Assembly (NCBI RefSeq): GCF_009914755.1
Contig: NC_060934.1
Strand: one strand, 5' to 3'
From: the human T2T-CHM13v2.0 reference genome, Homo sapiens
Length of the DNA: 64,000 nt
Shown: positions 34,662 through 59,599 of the stretch, in pieces
Layout: each line of letters opens with the position of its first letter
How positions within the stretch are numbered: position 1 is the first letter of the stretch
Notes under the pieces: model-generated
The model's database searches: none
What the model saw: only the letters and a program-made list of their open reading frames with translations
Told to the model about the DNA's origin: nothing
Program-made: the position numbers and the translations under genes

Positions 34662-34882
34662 TCACAAGGTCAGGAGATCGAGACCATCCTGGCTAACACG
34701 GCGAAACCCCGTCTCTACTAAAAATACAAAAACTTAGCTGGGCGTGGTGACACGCACCTGTAGTCCCACCTATTCTGGAGGCTGAGTTAGGAGAACCACT
34801 TGAACTTGGGAGGCGGAGGTTGCAGAGAGCTGAGATCGTGCCATTGCACTGCAGCCTGGGTGACAGAGCAAGACTCTGTCTA

Positions 34883-35311
<429 letters not shown>

Positions 35312-36372
35312 TCACAAGTGGTGGTTTCTTAAATTAGTTACGGTGGCATTTTACATATTAATAAATTTATTCCATCAGTACTCATTGATCTTTCTTGCAC
35401 AGTAAATGGATCTTTTGCTCCATACTTGCATTTATAATATCATGCATTAGTTACTTGGAATATATTGGTTTATGTTTTATTGTGTCAAAAATCACTTTTA
35501 GTTTAACCACCAATCTTAGTTTAACACGCCTTTAAGTATTGAAAAGCTGCCAAGCCTACAGTAGAAGGAAGAAGTTTTTCAAAGTCCACAGGAAAGCTTA
35601 AATTTTATCATTGGGAACAAATACGTATTTCCCTTGAAGTGACAACCTCTCACTTCATTTATTTTTGAGAATGATAGTTGAACTGGTTTTTTAGACCAAG
35701 TTTCACTCTGTCACTTGGCTGGAGTGCATTGGCATGATCTCAGCTCAAGCAATCCTCTCACCTCAGGCTCCTGTGTAGCTGGGACCACAGGTGTGTGGCA
35801 CCACACCAGGCTAATTTTCTTATATGTTTGATAGAGACAGGGTTTCGTTATGTTGCCTAGGCTGGTCTCGAACTCCTGAAGGAGCTCAAGCCATCTGCCT
35901 GCTTTGGCCTCTCAAAGTGCTGGGATTTTACAGGCGTGAGCCACTGCACTGGCCCAGTTGTACTTTTAAATAAAAATGATGTTCTGTGAAAAAAGTGATT
36001 TTTCAGTTCACAGTTAAATCATGGATTCTTTAAAAACAAAAAAAAAAGCGCTTCTTGTTAACTTTCCACTTATTCAGAATATTAGAGACATGCCAAGATT
36101 TAACAACATTAATTTTTACTGCTTCATCAAAGACATTCTTAAGAAATTCAGGCTATGTTTTTTACCTGTAGGGGACAGTGAAGAATAGAAAGACTACTAA
36201 TGTAATTGGTACCACTGCCTTGATTTATGCTGAGAAACCAGCCATTGTACCCACTTTTGCTTTTATACAATCATGGCAAGTGTCAATAAAAAAGCAGGCA
36301 ATGACTTTGTATTACTTTCACAAATTTTTAAAATTTTTCATCAGCTTTCTCAGGTTTAATTAGTATGATTCA

Positions 36373-36687
<315 letters not shown>

Positions 36688-37287
36688 TTATGAGCTCTTA
36701 GGCCTTCTGGAAGGGGTCTTCAGGATCCTGAGAGGTCCACAGAGCACATTTGGAGAACCACTGGTTTATACACAGACACAATGCATTAGTTTTACAAAGT
36801 TTAAAGTTCATCAAAGACTGGCCTCTTAAAAAGGCAGATGAGTTTGTCATTCAAACAACAGAAAATACATAAATACATCATGAGAGTATACTACAGAGAA
36901 CTAAAGAGAAAGGAAGCTAGGAAATCTGAATCACATTTACATTTATTAAAGTTTACTACTACTGCTTTGTAGAACATTCTTGTGTTTCAATGTGTGGTTA
37001 GAAGAGTGAAAATATATTTGGCTTATTGCCATGGCCTGTTAGGGAGAGTCAATACTCATGGGCATTTCTGACTGGTTATCATATAAAAGACTTCACGGTA
37101 CAGGCCATGATGTGCTGAGAAAGAAGAAGTCAGGAAACCCTCTGCAAGTCAGGATCCAGGAGAAGAATTCGTAAAAACTGCTTTGGTAAAGTAAACACCA
37201 AAGCACACAGGAGGCAGTATTTTACTAAACAAATATTATACTAAGATATTAACAGTTTTTGAAGTAATGCGCTTTCTTATTTTTTAG

Positions 37288-37339
37288 AGATGCAGATAGA
37301 TCTTTGACCATACTTGATGAACAGTTATACTCATTTGCG
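37288..37339 (+). CDS. AGAP11: AGAP11 coding exon (RDADRSLTILDEQLYSFA)
   Basis: TTTTTAG acceptor, GCG|GTAAGT donor, 52 nt. Confidence 0.85.
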
Positions 37340-37600
37340 GTAAGTGGCACTTTTATTGAGGTTGTATTTTCATCGTACACTTGTATCTGTTTCATGCTGA
37401 AGTCAAAGCCATCTTTTTTTAAATCTTCCCCATTTCATGTTGCATTTAGTCATCTTAAGTGTTGTAAAAAGAATGTGCTGGAGTAAGAACTGATCTGCGG
37501 CTCTGTTTAGTTAGTGAGCTAGTATGAGTAAATATACTATCCAAACAACAGAAAATGTATCTTTTTTTTTTTTTTTTTTTGATGGACTCTCTTTCTGTAG

Positions 37601-37810
<210 letters not shown>

Positions 37811-37922
37811 TGAACTCCTGACCTCGTGATCCACCCACCTTGGCCTCCCAAAGTGCTGGGATTACAGGTGTGAGCCACCATGCCTGGCCCAGAAAATGTA
37901 TCTTTTTAAAAGGTAGTTGTGA

Positions 37923-39539
<1,617 letters not shown>

Positions 39540-39852
39540 TATCTGTTTTATTTGACTGCAGTCTCCTTGGTGTAAAAACAAAATGGGAAAAATAAGGATA
39601 ACTCAGAATTTCAAAAGGAAATCACAAATTCAGCTAATAATAGCATTTTCAGTACTTTTCGTAAACTAAGTAAATACACAAAATGTTGATTTTTCTGACC
39701 ATAAGACATATTTTATGTCCTTTTGCCGAGGTGGGTGTGTTAGTCTCAGGCCCTCCTGGCCACATTGCCCAAGTCACACAGGCTTCTGTATTATGTATTT
39801 AGATAAGATGTGTGAAAATATATTTGAAAAAAAGTTCATAAATATGCATTGA

Positions 39853-41369
<1,517 letters not shown>

Positions 41370-41409
41370 TTAAATACCGAGAAAGTGTGTAGAATGAAAT
41401 TGGACAAGC

Positions 41410-46493
<5,084 letters not shown>

Positions 46494-49400
46494 TCACCAG
46501 GGTGCCTCACTGTCTGGCCCTAGTGGAATTCAAACAGTGGAGGATGTCATAGGAGGTGGGAGAGAGAGAGGAGAGGTGGTTATTCGCTCAGATTCTTCCT
46601 TGCTGGTTTGGCAGTGGCCACATCTTTCTACTGATGGCTGCAGCTCCTGATGATCCTCCTCTACCTCCACAGCTCTCTTTGGGATCTGTGGACACCTTTC
46701 CTGTCCCTCTAGACCCAGGGAGATAACAGCTCCCACTCTTGCTGGTCCAGGACATTCCTCATCTCTTACTGGTTCCCTTAACTCGGTCCACACTTCTGTG
46801 AACAGCCCCTTTCCTCAAATACCCATTCCAATATGTCCTCTGGCTTCCACCAGGAGCCTGACTGATACCCACAGGTGGGTGAATGCTGGCATGCTGCTGG
46901 GCCCCTCTTCCTCTGGTGACTGGCCAGCCAAGTCTCCAGGAGTCTCGTTAGGGTGGGCAGGTGGTGGGCACAGCACAAACTGTGAGCTCAAATCCACAGA
47001 GCAAAAGTGGGAGAAGACACTGGCAGGATGGACCGCCACAAAACTCTTGGCATTCGTGACGTCTGTCCTTTAAATCACGCAAGGCATCATCATGCTTCAG
47101 ACATGAGACAGCCTAAGTATTTAAGTATTTCAAATAAACAAATTGTTTTTCAGAATTGGTCATTGCTAAGTTGGCAAATTGCTATTGGAAACGTTGGCTG
47201 TCCTTGACTCAATGATTCAGCCAGCTAGTCCCTTGCCAAACTAGTTTGTTGGGCAAATTCCACCTTGAGAATTTATCTGCTCCTGTCAAAGCCAGATTCT
47301 CCCTGCCTGAGGGGAGGCTGGACTTGACCTTCTGACTCAGGATATGCTGACTTGGGTCCCTAGGTCCAAGGGCGGCCCTCTTGGGCCCACCGTGGGCTGG
47401 ACCTCTTCCATGATGGGGTGGTGGAGGGCAGGCCCCACCTGATTCACCCTTGACCTCATCCAGGCAGGTGAAGTTCCCTGCAGGAGTCACCTGAGCCCAG
47501 CCCCTCAGACCAGGATCCATCCTGTTTAGGAGGATTTGGGGCCATCTCATGTTCTTTGGCTAGAAAGGGGTCCCACTCTTAGGGGTCTGCCCTCTGTGGG
47601 GCACAGATGGCTTGCTGGGGCCCATGGACTGGGCTGGGTGGATGGGAATCTGGTCACAGCAGCAGCGGCTGGAAGGCCAAGAGGGAGGGCACCAGGGCCT
47701 GGGACCCATGTCTTGTCCTGGGCCTCCCCGGGCCTCTTGCCTTCTCCCCAGCAGGCATTTGGGATCTGTGTCTGGACCCAGCCTTGCCCAGAAGGCCATG
47801 GTGTGTTGTCATTAGAATCACAGTGCTCACACCAAGGCAGTGCATTAAATTAGCAGGGCAGTGTCTCATGGGCAGGGGACCATGTGGAGGGGGTGGGGGA
47901 AGGACAGTTGTCCCCCGAGGCTGCAGTGGGCCTGGCTCTGGTCTGGGCAGTGGGCCAGGGTCCTGCTGTGTGGCTGAGCTCTGACAACAGGCTGTCTGGG
48001 TCTGGTGAGCTCCTGAAAGCGGGGACTGGTGGAGAGTACCCTAGGGTGGGAGCTCGTGAGGAGGGGGTCTGTGGGGTCTGGAAGCCATTCTAGAGCAGGC
48101 AGATGACATTTATCAGCGGAACAGGCATAGAAAGGACCCTTGTGCGAGTGGGGGACACACAGCCTCAGAAGAAACAGGGAAGGGGCTTTGACAGGTCCAG
48201 GGAGAATCCCTGAGGTTTCCTAGAACAATTCCCACCAGCCATGTCCCAGGTGTCCCCCCATCCCCCAGGCCTCTGCAGTGCCAGCCCAATGCCCTGGGCA
48301 AAACATCCTGGACTCTGGCTGTTACAAAAGGAGGACAGGGTCATCTGGACCCGCCTGAGCTCCAGGCCCCCGACTTTCACAGCCCCTTCTGGGTCCAGAA
48401 GTTCATACGTATATAAATGAAAAATGTGCAAGAATCATATTATTGTATTCTTTTTCATAAAGAGGGCCCCTCTAAATTGTTTAAGCCCCAATTCACCCCT
48501 GCCCAAAGGAGATAGCAATGGCATGTGTGGGGCCGTAGTCTTGAGACCCAGAGGTCCTGCTGCCCACGATACCCACTGTCCACCCTAGGGGGACTGGCCG
48601 TAGCCCTGGAGCCCGCAAACACCATGCAGGAATGCAAGAGGGTCTCAGCTCCCGAGTCCCAGGCTGGGAGGGCCCACAGTCCAGTAAACTAATCAGGCCC
48701 CAACACACCCAGGAGAGCAGCTCCAGGAGCCTGCATTGAAGAGAGAGCCTCAGACCCCTGCCACAGGCCTGCACCCCAGAAGTAGGAGGATGGGAAGACC
48801 TCTCCTTGGCTCCTGGCCAGCGGAAGTCACATTCCCCAGCCCTCTGGCTCCAAGGCAGCCTCACGTCCCAGTCACTCCTTGGCCCACCCTACCGGTTGGT
48901 CAGAGCTCACTGCCAAAGGGCACCTCAATGATGAGTGGAGGGAACAGGTGTTTACCAGGAGCTTGCATGCTTTGTCTCAGGGACGATTAGTGACACAGCC
49001 AGGAAGGCACGCTATCCCCATTTTACAGATGAGGAAACGGAGGCTCAGGTTGGGCTGGTGACTAAGGGAAGCAGCATGTGGCAGGTGGCTTGAGGCATGT
49101 CTGTCCATCATGAGTAACTAGGGAGCAGCCCTGCCACTCCTCATGTGATGCACCAGGAGCCAGGGAAGCTGCTTTCTAGGGGATTCTAGCTAAGGCCAGA
49201 AGCATCTCCCTGAGTGGTGGTGGAGGCCTCTGTCTACTCCTCCAGGACTGCCAGGGGATAGGAGGGCACTGCTGGCCTCACAGACACTCTTGGGTGAGTG
49301 AGCATCAGCTGAGCAAAGCCAGGTGACTACACTTCTGCCCAGTGCTGTGCCCCCCTCTGACTCAGGCAAGGCACCACCCTGAACGCCCCACCCTGTCCCA

Positions 49401-49779
49401 TAGAGGCCACAAACTGCTCTGCAGAGCCAGGGTCTCCAGGAATGGGGAGGGCAGTCACCCTCACTCCACTTGTGTTCATGACCCAAAGGACTGCCCAGGT
49501 CTCCAGGCCCATAGAACCCCTAAACCTCTTACTAGGCCACACTGGGGACCTTGAGCAGCAGGCTTGGAATCCTAGGCCTTGTCTCCAGGTACATATCAGT
49601 ACCCAGGCTTGGGAAGTTTTGGTCTCGGGGGGCTGGCACTCAGGCCCTCTGCCTCAAGGAAGAGGCATGTCCAGATCTCTCCTGTCCAGCCCTGCTCCCT
49701 GCCCCTATCCTTCACGGGGTCCCTAGGACAGGGTTACAGAAGCCTCAGGCTGTCAGGGGATGCTGCCACCCCAGTGCCA

Positions 49780-49910
49780 GGGTGGCTCCGCCCAGCCCCT
49801 TCCTGCTGCCGCCCTCGCTGACTCACCTGTCCAGCCTCCTACTGGGCTGGGGCAAGGGCTTGTTGCCCCAGAGCCTAGACAGGCACCAGAGGCAGCTATA
49901 AAAGCATGTT
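49780..49910 (+). promoter_or_regulatory. FAM25A core promoter
   Basis: TATAAAA at 49897-49903 (60 nt before the ATG), AP-1 TGACTCA at 49819-49825, GC/KLF-type CTCCGCCCAGCCC at about 49786-49798. Confidence 0.8.
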
Positions 49911-49932
49911 GGGCCAGTCCTCAGCATCCTAG

Positions 49933-50241
<309 letters not shown>

Positions 50242-50454
50242 TGAACACTGGCAGCTTGGACCCTTCCCTCTGGAAATCTGGGGAGCCTTTCTTGTCAAAA
50301 CAGCCTATTCTGAATAACCTATGCAGGAAAAGGAAGACGGATTTTTATTTTTACCATAACTTTAAAGCTTCAAAGATTTCTAAACAAGTCACCAAGTCTG
50401 TTCAAAGTCAAAAAGGGCATTTTCAATTTCATCCAAGTCCCCTGAAGCATGTTT

Positions 50455-50760
50455 ATTTTTATTTTTATTTGTATTTGAAATGGAGTCTTGCTCTGGCACC
50501 CAGGCTGGAGTGTAGTGGTGCGATCTCGGCTCACTGTAACCTCTGCCTCCTGGGTTCAAAGTGATTCTCATGCCTTAGCCTCCTGAGTGTCTGGGATTAC
50601 AGGCACCCACCACCATGCCCAACTAATTTTTATATTTTTAGCAGAGACAGGGTTTCGCCATGTTGGCCAGGCTGGTCTCAAACTCCTGACCTCAAGTGAT
50701 CCATTCCTCTTGGCCTCCCAAAGTGCTGGGATTGCAGGCGTGAACCACCGCACCTGGTCC
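50455..50760 (-). mobile_element. Alu in FAM25A intron 1
   Basis: Full antisense Alu. Confidence 0.9.
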
Positions 50761-50969
50761 CGAAGTGTATGTTGTATTCAGAGGTCAGCAGCTATGTGTG
50801 GGGAGGCCCAGCCAGGAGCCACTCATGGGTCATCGTGTGAAAAACAGTCTTGCCTGAGTTTGTGTCCTCTTTCTAAATGGCAGCAGACGCGTATTTTGTT
50901 TTTGACTCTGCAGCTGGTGTGGACCACCTGCTTTAACCTTTCACTAGCCTCTGAGTTTTGTATGATTCC

Positions 50970-51307
50970 TGTTGGGAGAAAAGCTGAGTATTGGGAGAGA
51001 AGCTGAGGCAGGGCTTGCTAGATTGGCTGGCTCCTTGCTTCTAGCACTCCCATTCTCTCAAGTAGCCGTATGTTTCTCATTCACTTGATACACCGTTTCC
51101 TTTCAACCGCCACATCCTCACCACCTGTTTCTTTGTTAGATCACCAATAAATAGCATGGGTTCCCAGAACTCCGGGCCTTCGCAGCCTCCACACTCGCGA
51201 TGGCGCCCCGCTCCCATTTTCTCTCTCAAACTGTCTCTTTCTCATTCCTTTGACTCCTCTGGACTTGCCGCCCCCGCGACCTGGTGTTGGGTCTCATCAC
51301 CCCAACA
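50970..51307 (+). mobile_element. Solo LTR, HERV-K14 (LTR14)-like
   Basis: Termini TGTTGGG...CCCAACA; 6-bp TSD GATTCC (50964-50969 and 51308-51313); AATAAA at 51146. The family is assigned from the recalled 5' consensus. Confidence 0.85.
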
Positions 51308-51829
51308 GATTCCCATTCTAAAGATGAGGGAACCAAGAGGTGGAAGGTAGAGTTAGAATAAGAACCATTTCTTCTGACTCTGAAATCCTTCAGTTCTAGC
51401 ATGCTACCACCTACACTTTAAAAAACTCTGAAGTAGGCAGAGAATTCCCTTTTGTTGGAGGAATTGCTTTGAGAGACCTGGTTTTACTGGATGAGGCTTT
51501 GGAAACCAACCTGAGGCAGGCGCTAGCACATCCTGAGAGGGGTGTGACCTGGCACAGAGGCCCAGCCTGGGCTTCATGTCTCAGCTGGCAAGATGGCCTG
51601 CTCATTGCCATTCCAGGCCGGGCAGGGCCAAGGGGCTTCAGGGACCCATGCCCTCATGGGGCTCACTGAGCTCGTCTCCCGGCAGCCAAGGCCCTGGCGT
51701 CTCCGAAGGAAGCCAGCTGTGGGGGAAGGTCCTTCTCATGAGCCAGTCTGTCCTGGCTGGGGGTGGCATCCCAGAGCCCCATCTAGGATGTCCAGGGATG
51801 TATAGGTCCATTGTGAGGATAAGCCAGCA

Positions 51830-52019
<190 letters not shown>

Positions 52020-52339
52020 TGAGGTCGGGCAGGGAAGGAGGGAGGGAGCAAGGGAAGCTAGGTGCTGGGCCAACCTGTTCTTTGACTAACCAGGTCAAAC
52101 TCTGCCCCCAATGTTGCAGCCTTTCAGAGCCTCTTGGCTGGGGCAGTTATCTATGCTCATCAGAGGCCACAGACTGTACTGCGTTAGGGCACTGTCTAGA
52201 TGGTTCTGTCTGTGGAATAAGAAGACAAAGTCACACAAGACTATGTGACAGCACACTGGGACAAAACATTTAACATGGCAGGGCGCGGTGGCTCACGCCT
52301 GTAATCCCAGCCCTTTGGGAGGCTGAGGAGGGTGGATCA

Positions 52340-52914
<575 letters not shown>

Positions 52915-54090
52915 CTATGAGTAGAACTATGTACAAAGCATATGTATATCTCATTCCTTTTCAACAAAATAGATTCCAGGTAGATGAAGGACTTAAATTT
53001 ACATAAATGAATTTATTAACTTACTAGGAGATAACCATCTTAGCTCAGGCTGCTATTATAAAATACCATAGGCCAGGTGCAGTGGCTCACGCCTGTAATC
53101 CTAGCCCTTCGGGAGGCCAAGGTGGGTGGGCCACCTGAGGTCAGGAGTTCAAGACCAGCCTGACCAATATGGTGAAACCCCGTTGCTACTAAAAATACGA
53201 AAACCAGCTGGGCGTGGTGGCACATGCCTGTAATCCCAGCTACTCAGGAGTCTGAGGCAGGATACTCCCTTGAACCTGGGAGGCGGAGGTTGCAGTGAGC
53301 TGAGATTGCACCACTGCACCCCAGCCTTGGTGACAGAGCAAGACTCTGTCTCAAAAACAAAAACAAACCATAAACTGGGCGACTTAGAAACAACAGAAAT
53401 TTATTTCTCACACTCCTGGAGGATGGGAAGTCCAAGATCAAGGAAGGCACTGGCAGATTTGGCATCTGGTGAGGGAGTCTTTCTGGTTCGTGGATGGGCC
53501 CAGCTCTGTCCTCACATGGTGGAAGGAGCTAGCTCTCTGTGGTCTCTTTTATGTGGGTGCTAATTTCAACCTCCCAAAGGCCCCACCTCTTAATATCATT
53601 ACATTAAGACTGAGGATTTCAACGTATGAGTTTTGAGGGGGAAGACATCATAAACATTTAGACATAGTAATAACATAAAAGACTTTGGCCTAATCTTGGA
53701 GAGGGGAGAATCTTTAGAACCATGACAAAAAAATCAGCGCCATAAAGGAAATATTAAGTAAATTTGACAATCCAAAACTGAAATTTTCTATAGCCAAAAA
53801 AAAAAAACTATAAACCAAGCCAAAAGAAAAATTACACACTGATGAAAAATATTTGTCATAAAAATGATAATCCAATATAACAACCCAATATAAAAATGGT
53901 CAAAAGACATAAGCAGGCATTTTCCAGAAAAAAGGATAAGCAGGCAATGTACCCATGAGTAGATGCTCAGTCTCACTCACAGTTGAAGAAATGCAAGTTG
54001 TTGGGGAAATTAAAACCAAATTCAAATTCATTCTGCAGTAATCCTGCTGCCCTTGGTCCCATCGGGCCACTCCAGAGACTAATCCATTAA

Positions 54091-54309
<219 letters not shown>

Positions 54310-54342
54310 GTGCACCTGCTACCACGGCCCTTCCCCAGTCTC

Positions 54343-54348
54343 AATAAA
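54343..54348 (+). terminator. FAM25A polyA signal
   Basis: AATAAA 34 nt after the stop. Confidence 0.85.
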
Positions 54349-54524
54349 AAGCCATGACATGTGTACACTGAGCGCTGGATTTATACCCATTTGGATGGAA
54401 ACACTAGGCAAAGTATTTTCTTGTTGATATAACATATTTTACATATTTATGGAGTACATTTAAGTATTTATTACATGCACAGAATAGTGATCAATCAGGG
54501 TGTTTGGGGTGTCTATCACCTTGA

Positions 54525-54821
<297 letters not shown>

Positions 54822-55355
54822 TAGCCAGGCTGGTCTCGAACTCCTGACCTCAGGTGATCTGCCTGCCTGGGCCTCCCAAAATGCCCAGGGATTATAGGCA
54901 TGAGATACTGTACCTAGCCTTCTAGCTACTTTGAAATATACAATACATTGCTGCTAACTATAGTCACCCTAGGTGAAGTATTTTTCAACAGAAACACTTT
55001 GCATGTCCCCCGTGTCTCCTCTGTTGAGGTGGACACTGGCACTGGGGCCCCTGCTGCTGGCTGGATAGGTCCTCATGATGAATCAGATGCTTCTCTGTCA
55101 TGCTAAGTAAGATCTTTCATGTCAGGAAGGGGCTCTTCTGGAAGAATAGTTAGTGTCTGTGCTACATTTCCTAAAAAACTGTTTCCCCGGAAACTATATG
55201 TAACTTTCAGGTGCCTCAGTGCTTCAAGACATGCTAAGGGAGGACCCTCATTTGTCTTGCATGTTTTTGGGATTTTTCTTGAGATGTTTTTGCAGGACTC
55301 AGGGCAGATAACAGACCAGCTTGATGAAGAATTTAGCAAGGAAGGCCCCCACTGA

Positions 55356-55665
<310 letters not shown>

Positions 55666-56548
55666 TAGCCAGGATGGTCTCGATCTCCTGACCTCATGAT
55701 CCACCTGTCTTGGCTTCCCAAAGTGCTGGGATTACAGGCGTGAGCAACCGTGCCCAGCCCAGAATATTTAGCGACTGATGTCAGGCCTAAGTGTTGATAG
55801 TGGGTATTAGTGGGCAAGATGCCTGGCCTTCTCTCTTTCTTCTCATGAGCAAGTCAGTATCATAGAGGTTAAACATATCTTTAAGTAGCATTTAACTTAA
55901 CATTTTTTTAATTAAAAAAAAGAGAAGTAATTTGTAAAAATATTGCATCCCCTATTTCTCTTGCTGGAAGCTATTTGTTCTTAGCAGAAATGAGAAGAAA
56001 AGGTGTTTTGCTTAAAAAATAAGTGAGCTGCTCACCCTTTTTCTGGATCTCATCTAGAAGTGGCCTCACAGTTTGTGAACAGCCCAGGAATAGCCAATGT
56101 CTTAGCTTTGGAATGTTTGCCACTTTCCAGCTACAGTGGACCTTGTATCCTGGTTTGGTTCCTGATGACTTTCAAATTCTCCTGATCCAAACGCAAGCTC
56201 AGAGGCATCAGCACATTGTTGGTGGCAGTACAGACTGAAACACCCTTTTTGGATGGCGGTTCCTCTCACAGGACTTTATTCGCCAGGTGTGCACAGGCAC
56301 ACACAGGTGCCCAAAGGATAAACACACAGATCTACTGTAGCATATTTGTATTACTGAGAGATTAGAAACATCCTAAAATGTTAACCAAATCACTTGGATG
56401 AAAAGTTTTGCTCTGCTTATTAGGTTTGGCATACAATATGGAGGTGACATCTATTACTTCCAGTGTATTATAGAGTTTAGCTTGAAAAATGAGACCTGTA
56501 CCTAGATGGGCACCAAAAGGGACTGGTTAACAAATATTGCATATACAG

Positions 56549-57119
56549 GGGTATGGGGCGGCTCCAGGGCCAGGGATGGGACGGCCGCAGTTGCGGCAGC
56601 TCCAGGACGAGCAAGTGGATCCCGGGAAGCGCTGTGAGCTCCCGAGCCAGCCGGGAGGACGCTTACTACAGCTGCTCAGAAGCACCGCTGGAAGCTCAGA
56701 TGTGAGCGCCCCAGCCAGAAGCCTAGAGGGGTACAGGGAAGCTACCGAGAAGCCCCTCCTGATGCCCCAGGGAGCAAGCCAACTCCTTCCAGGCTCCAGG
56801 AACACCACAAAGCAATATGAAACCTGTTCATGAGAGGAGTCAGGAATGCCTTCCACCAAAGAAACGAGACCTCCCCACAACCAGCTGCTCCACTAACCAC
56901 ATACCCTCCAGTGATGCCTCTGAATGGTTCCCAGGGGTTGTGGTGGCCGGGCAGAGCCAGGCAGGAGCCAGAGTCAGCCTGGGGGTGATGGAGCTGTGGC
57001 CATCACCGGTCTGACAGTGGACCAGTATGGCATGCTGTATAAGGGGGCTGTGCCACCTGCCACCTTCTCACCAACTGGACTCCCATCTGTGTGAATATGA
57101 GCCCCTTGCCCCTGGAAAA
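56549..57119 (+). pseudogene. Processed ATXN1L pseudogene fragment (5' UTR plus about the first 110 codons)
   Basis: ATG 56817 gives MKPVHERSQECLPPKKRDLP/TTSCSTNHIPSSDASEW...GQSQAGARVSLG. After a frameshift near 56983 it continues GDGAVAITGLTVDQYGMLYK...PPATFSPTGLPS, matching the recalled ATXN1L N-terminus. Flanked by TSD-like AAATATTGCA(TA/CG)TACAG at 56532-56548 and 57120-57136. Confidence 0.88.
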
Positions 57120-57180
57120 AAATATTGCACGTACAGTTGATTAAATGGAATGCTCCATGGCTACTAGGAAGGATGAAAAT

Positions 57181-59572
<2,392 letters not shown>

Positions 59573-59599
59573 AATTTATCATAGGATTATATGAGGAGA

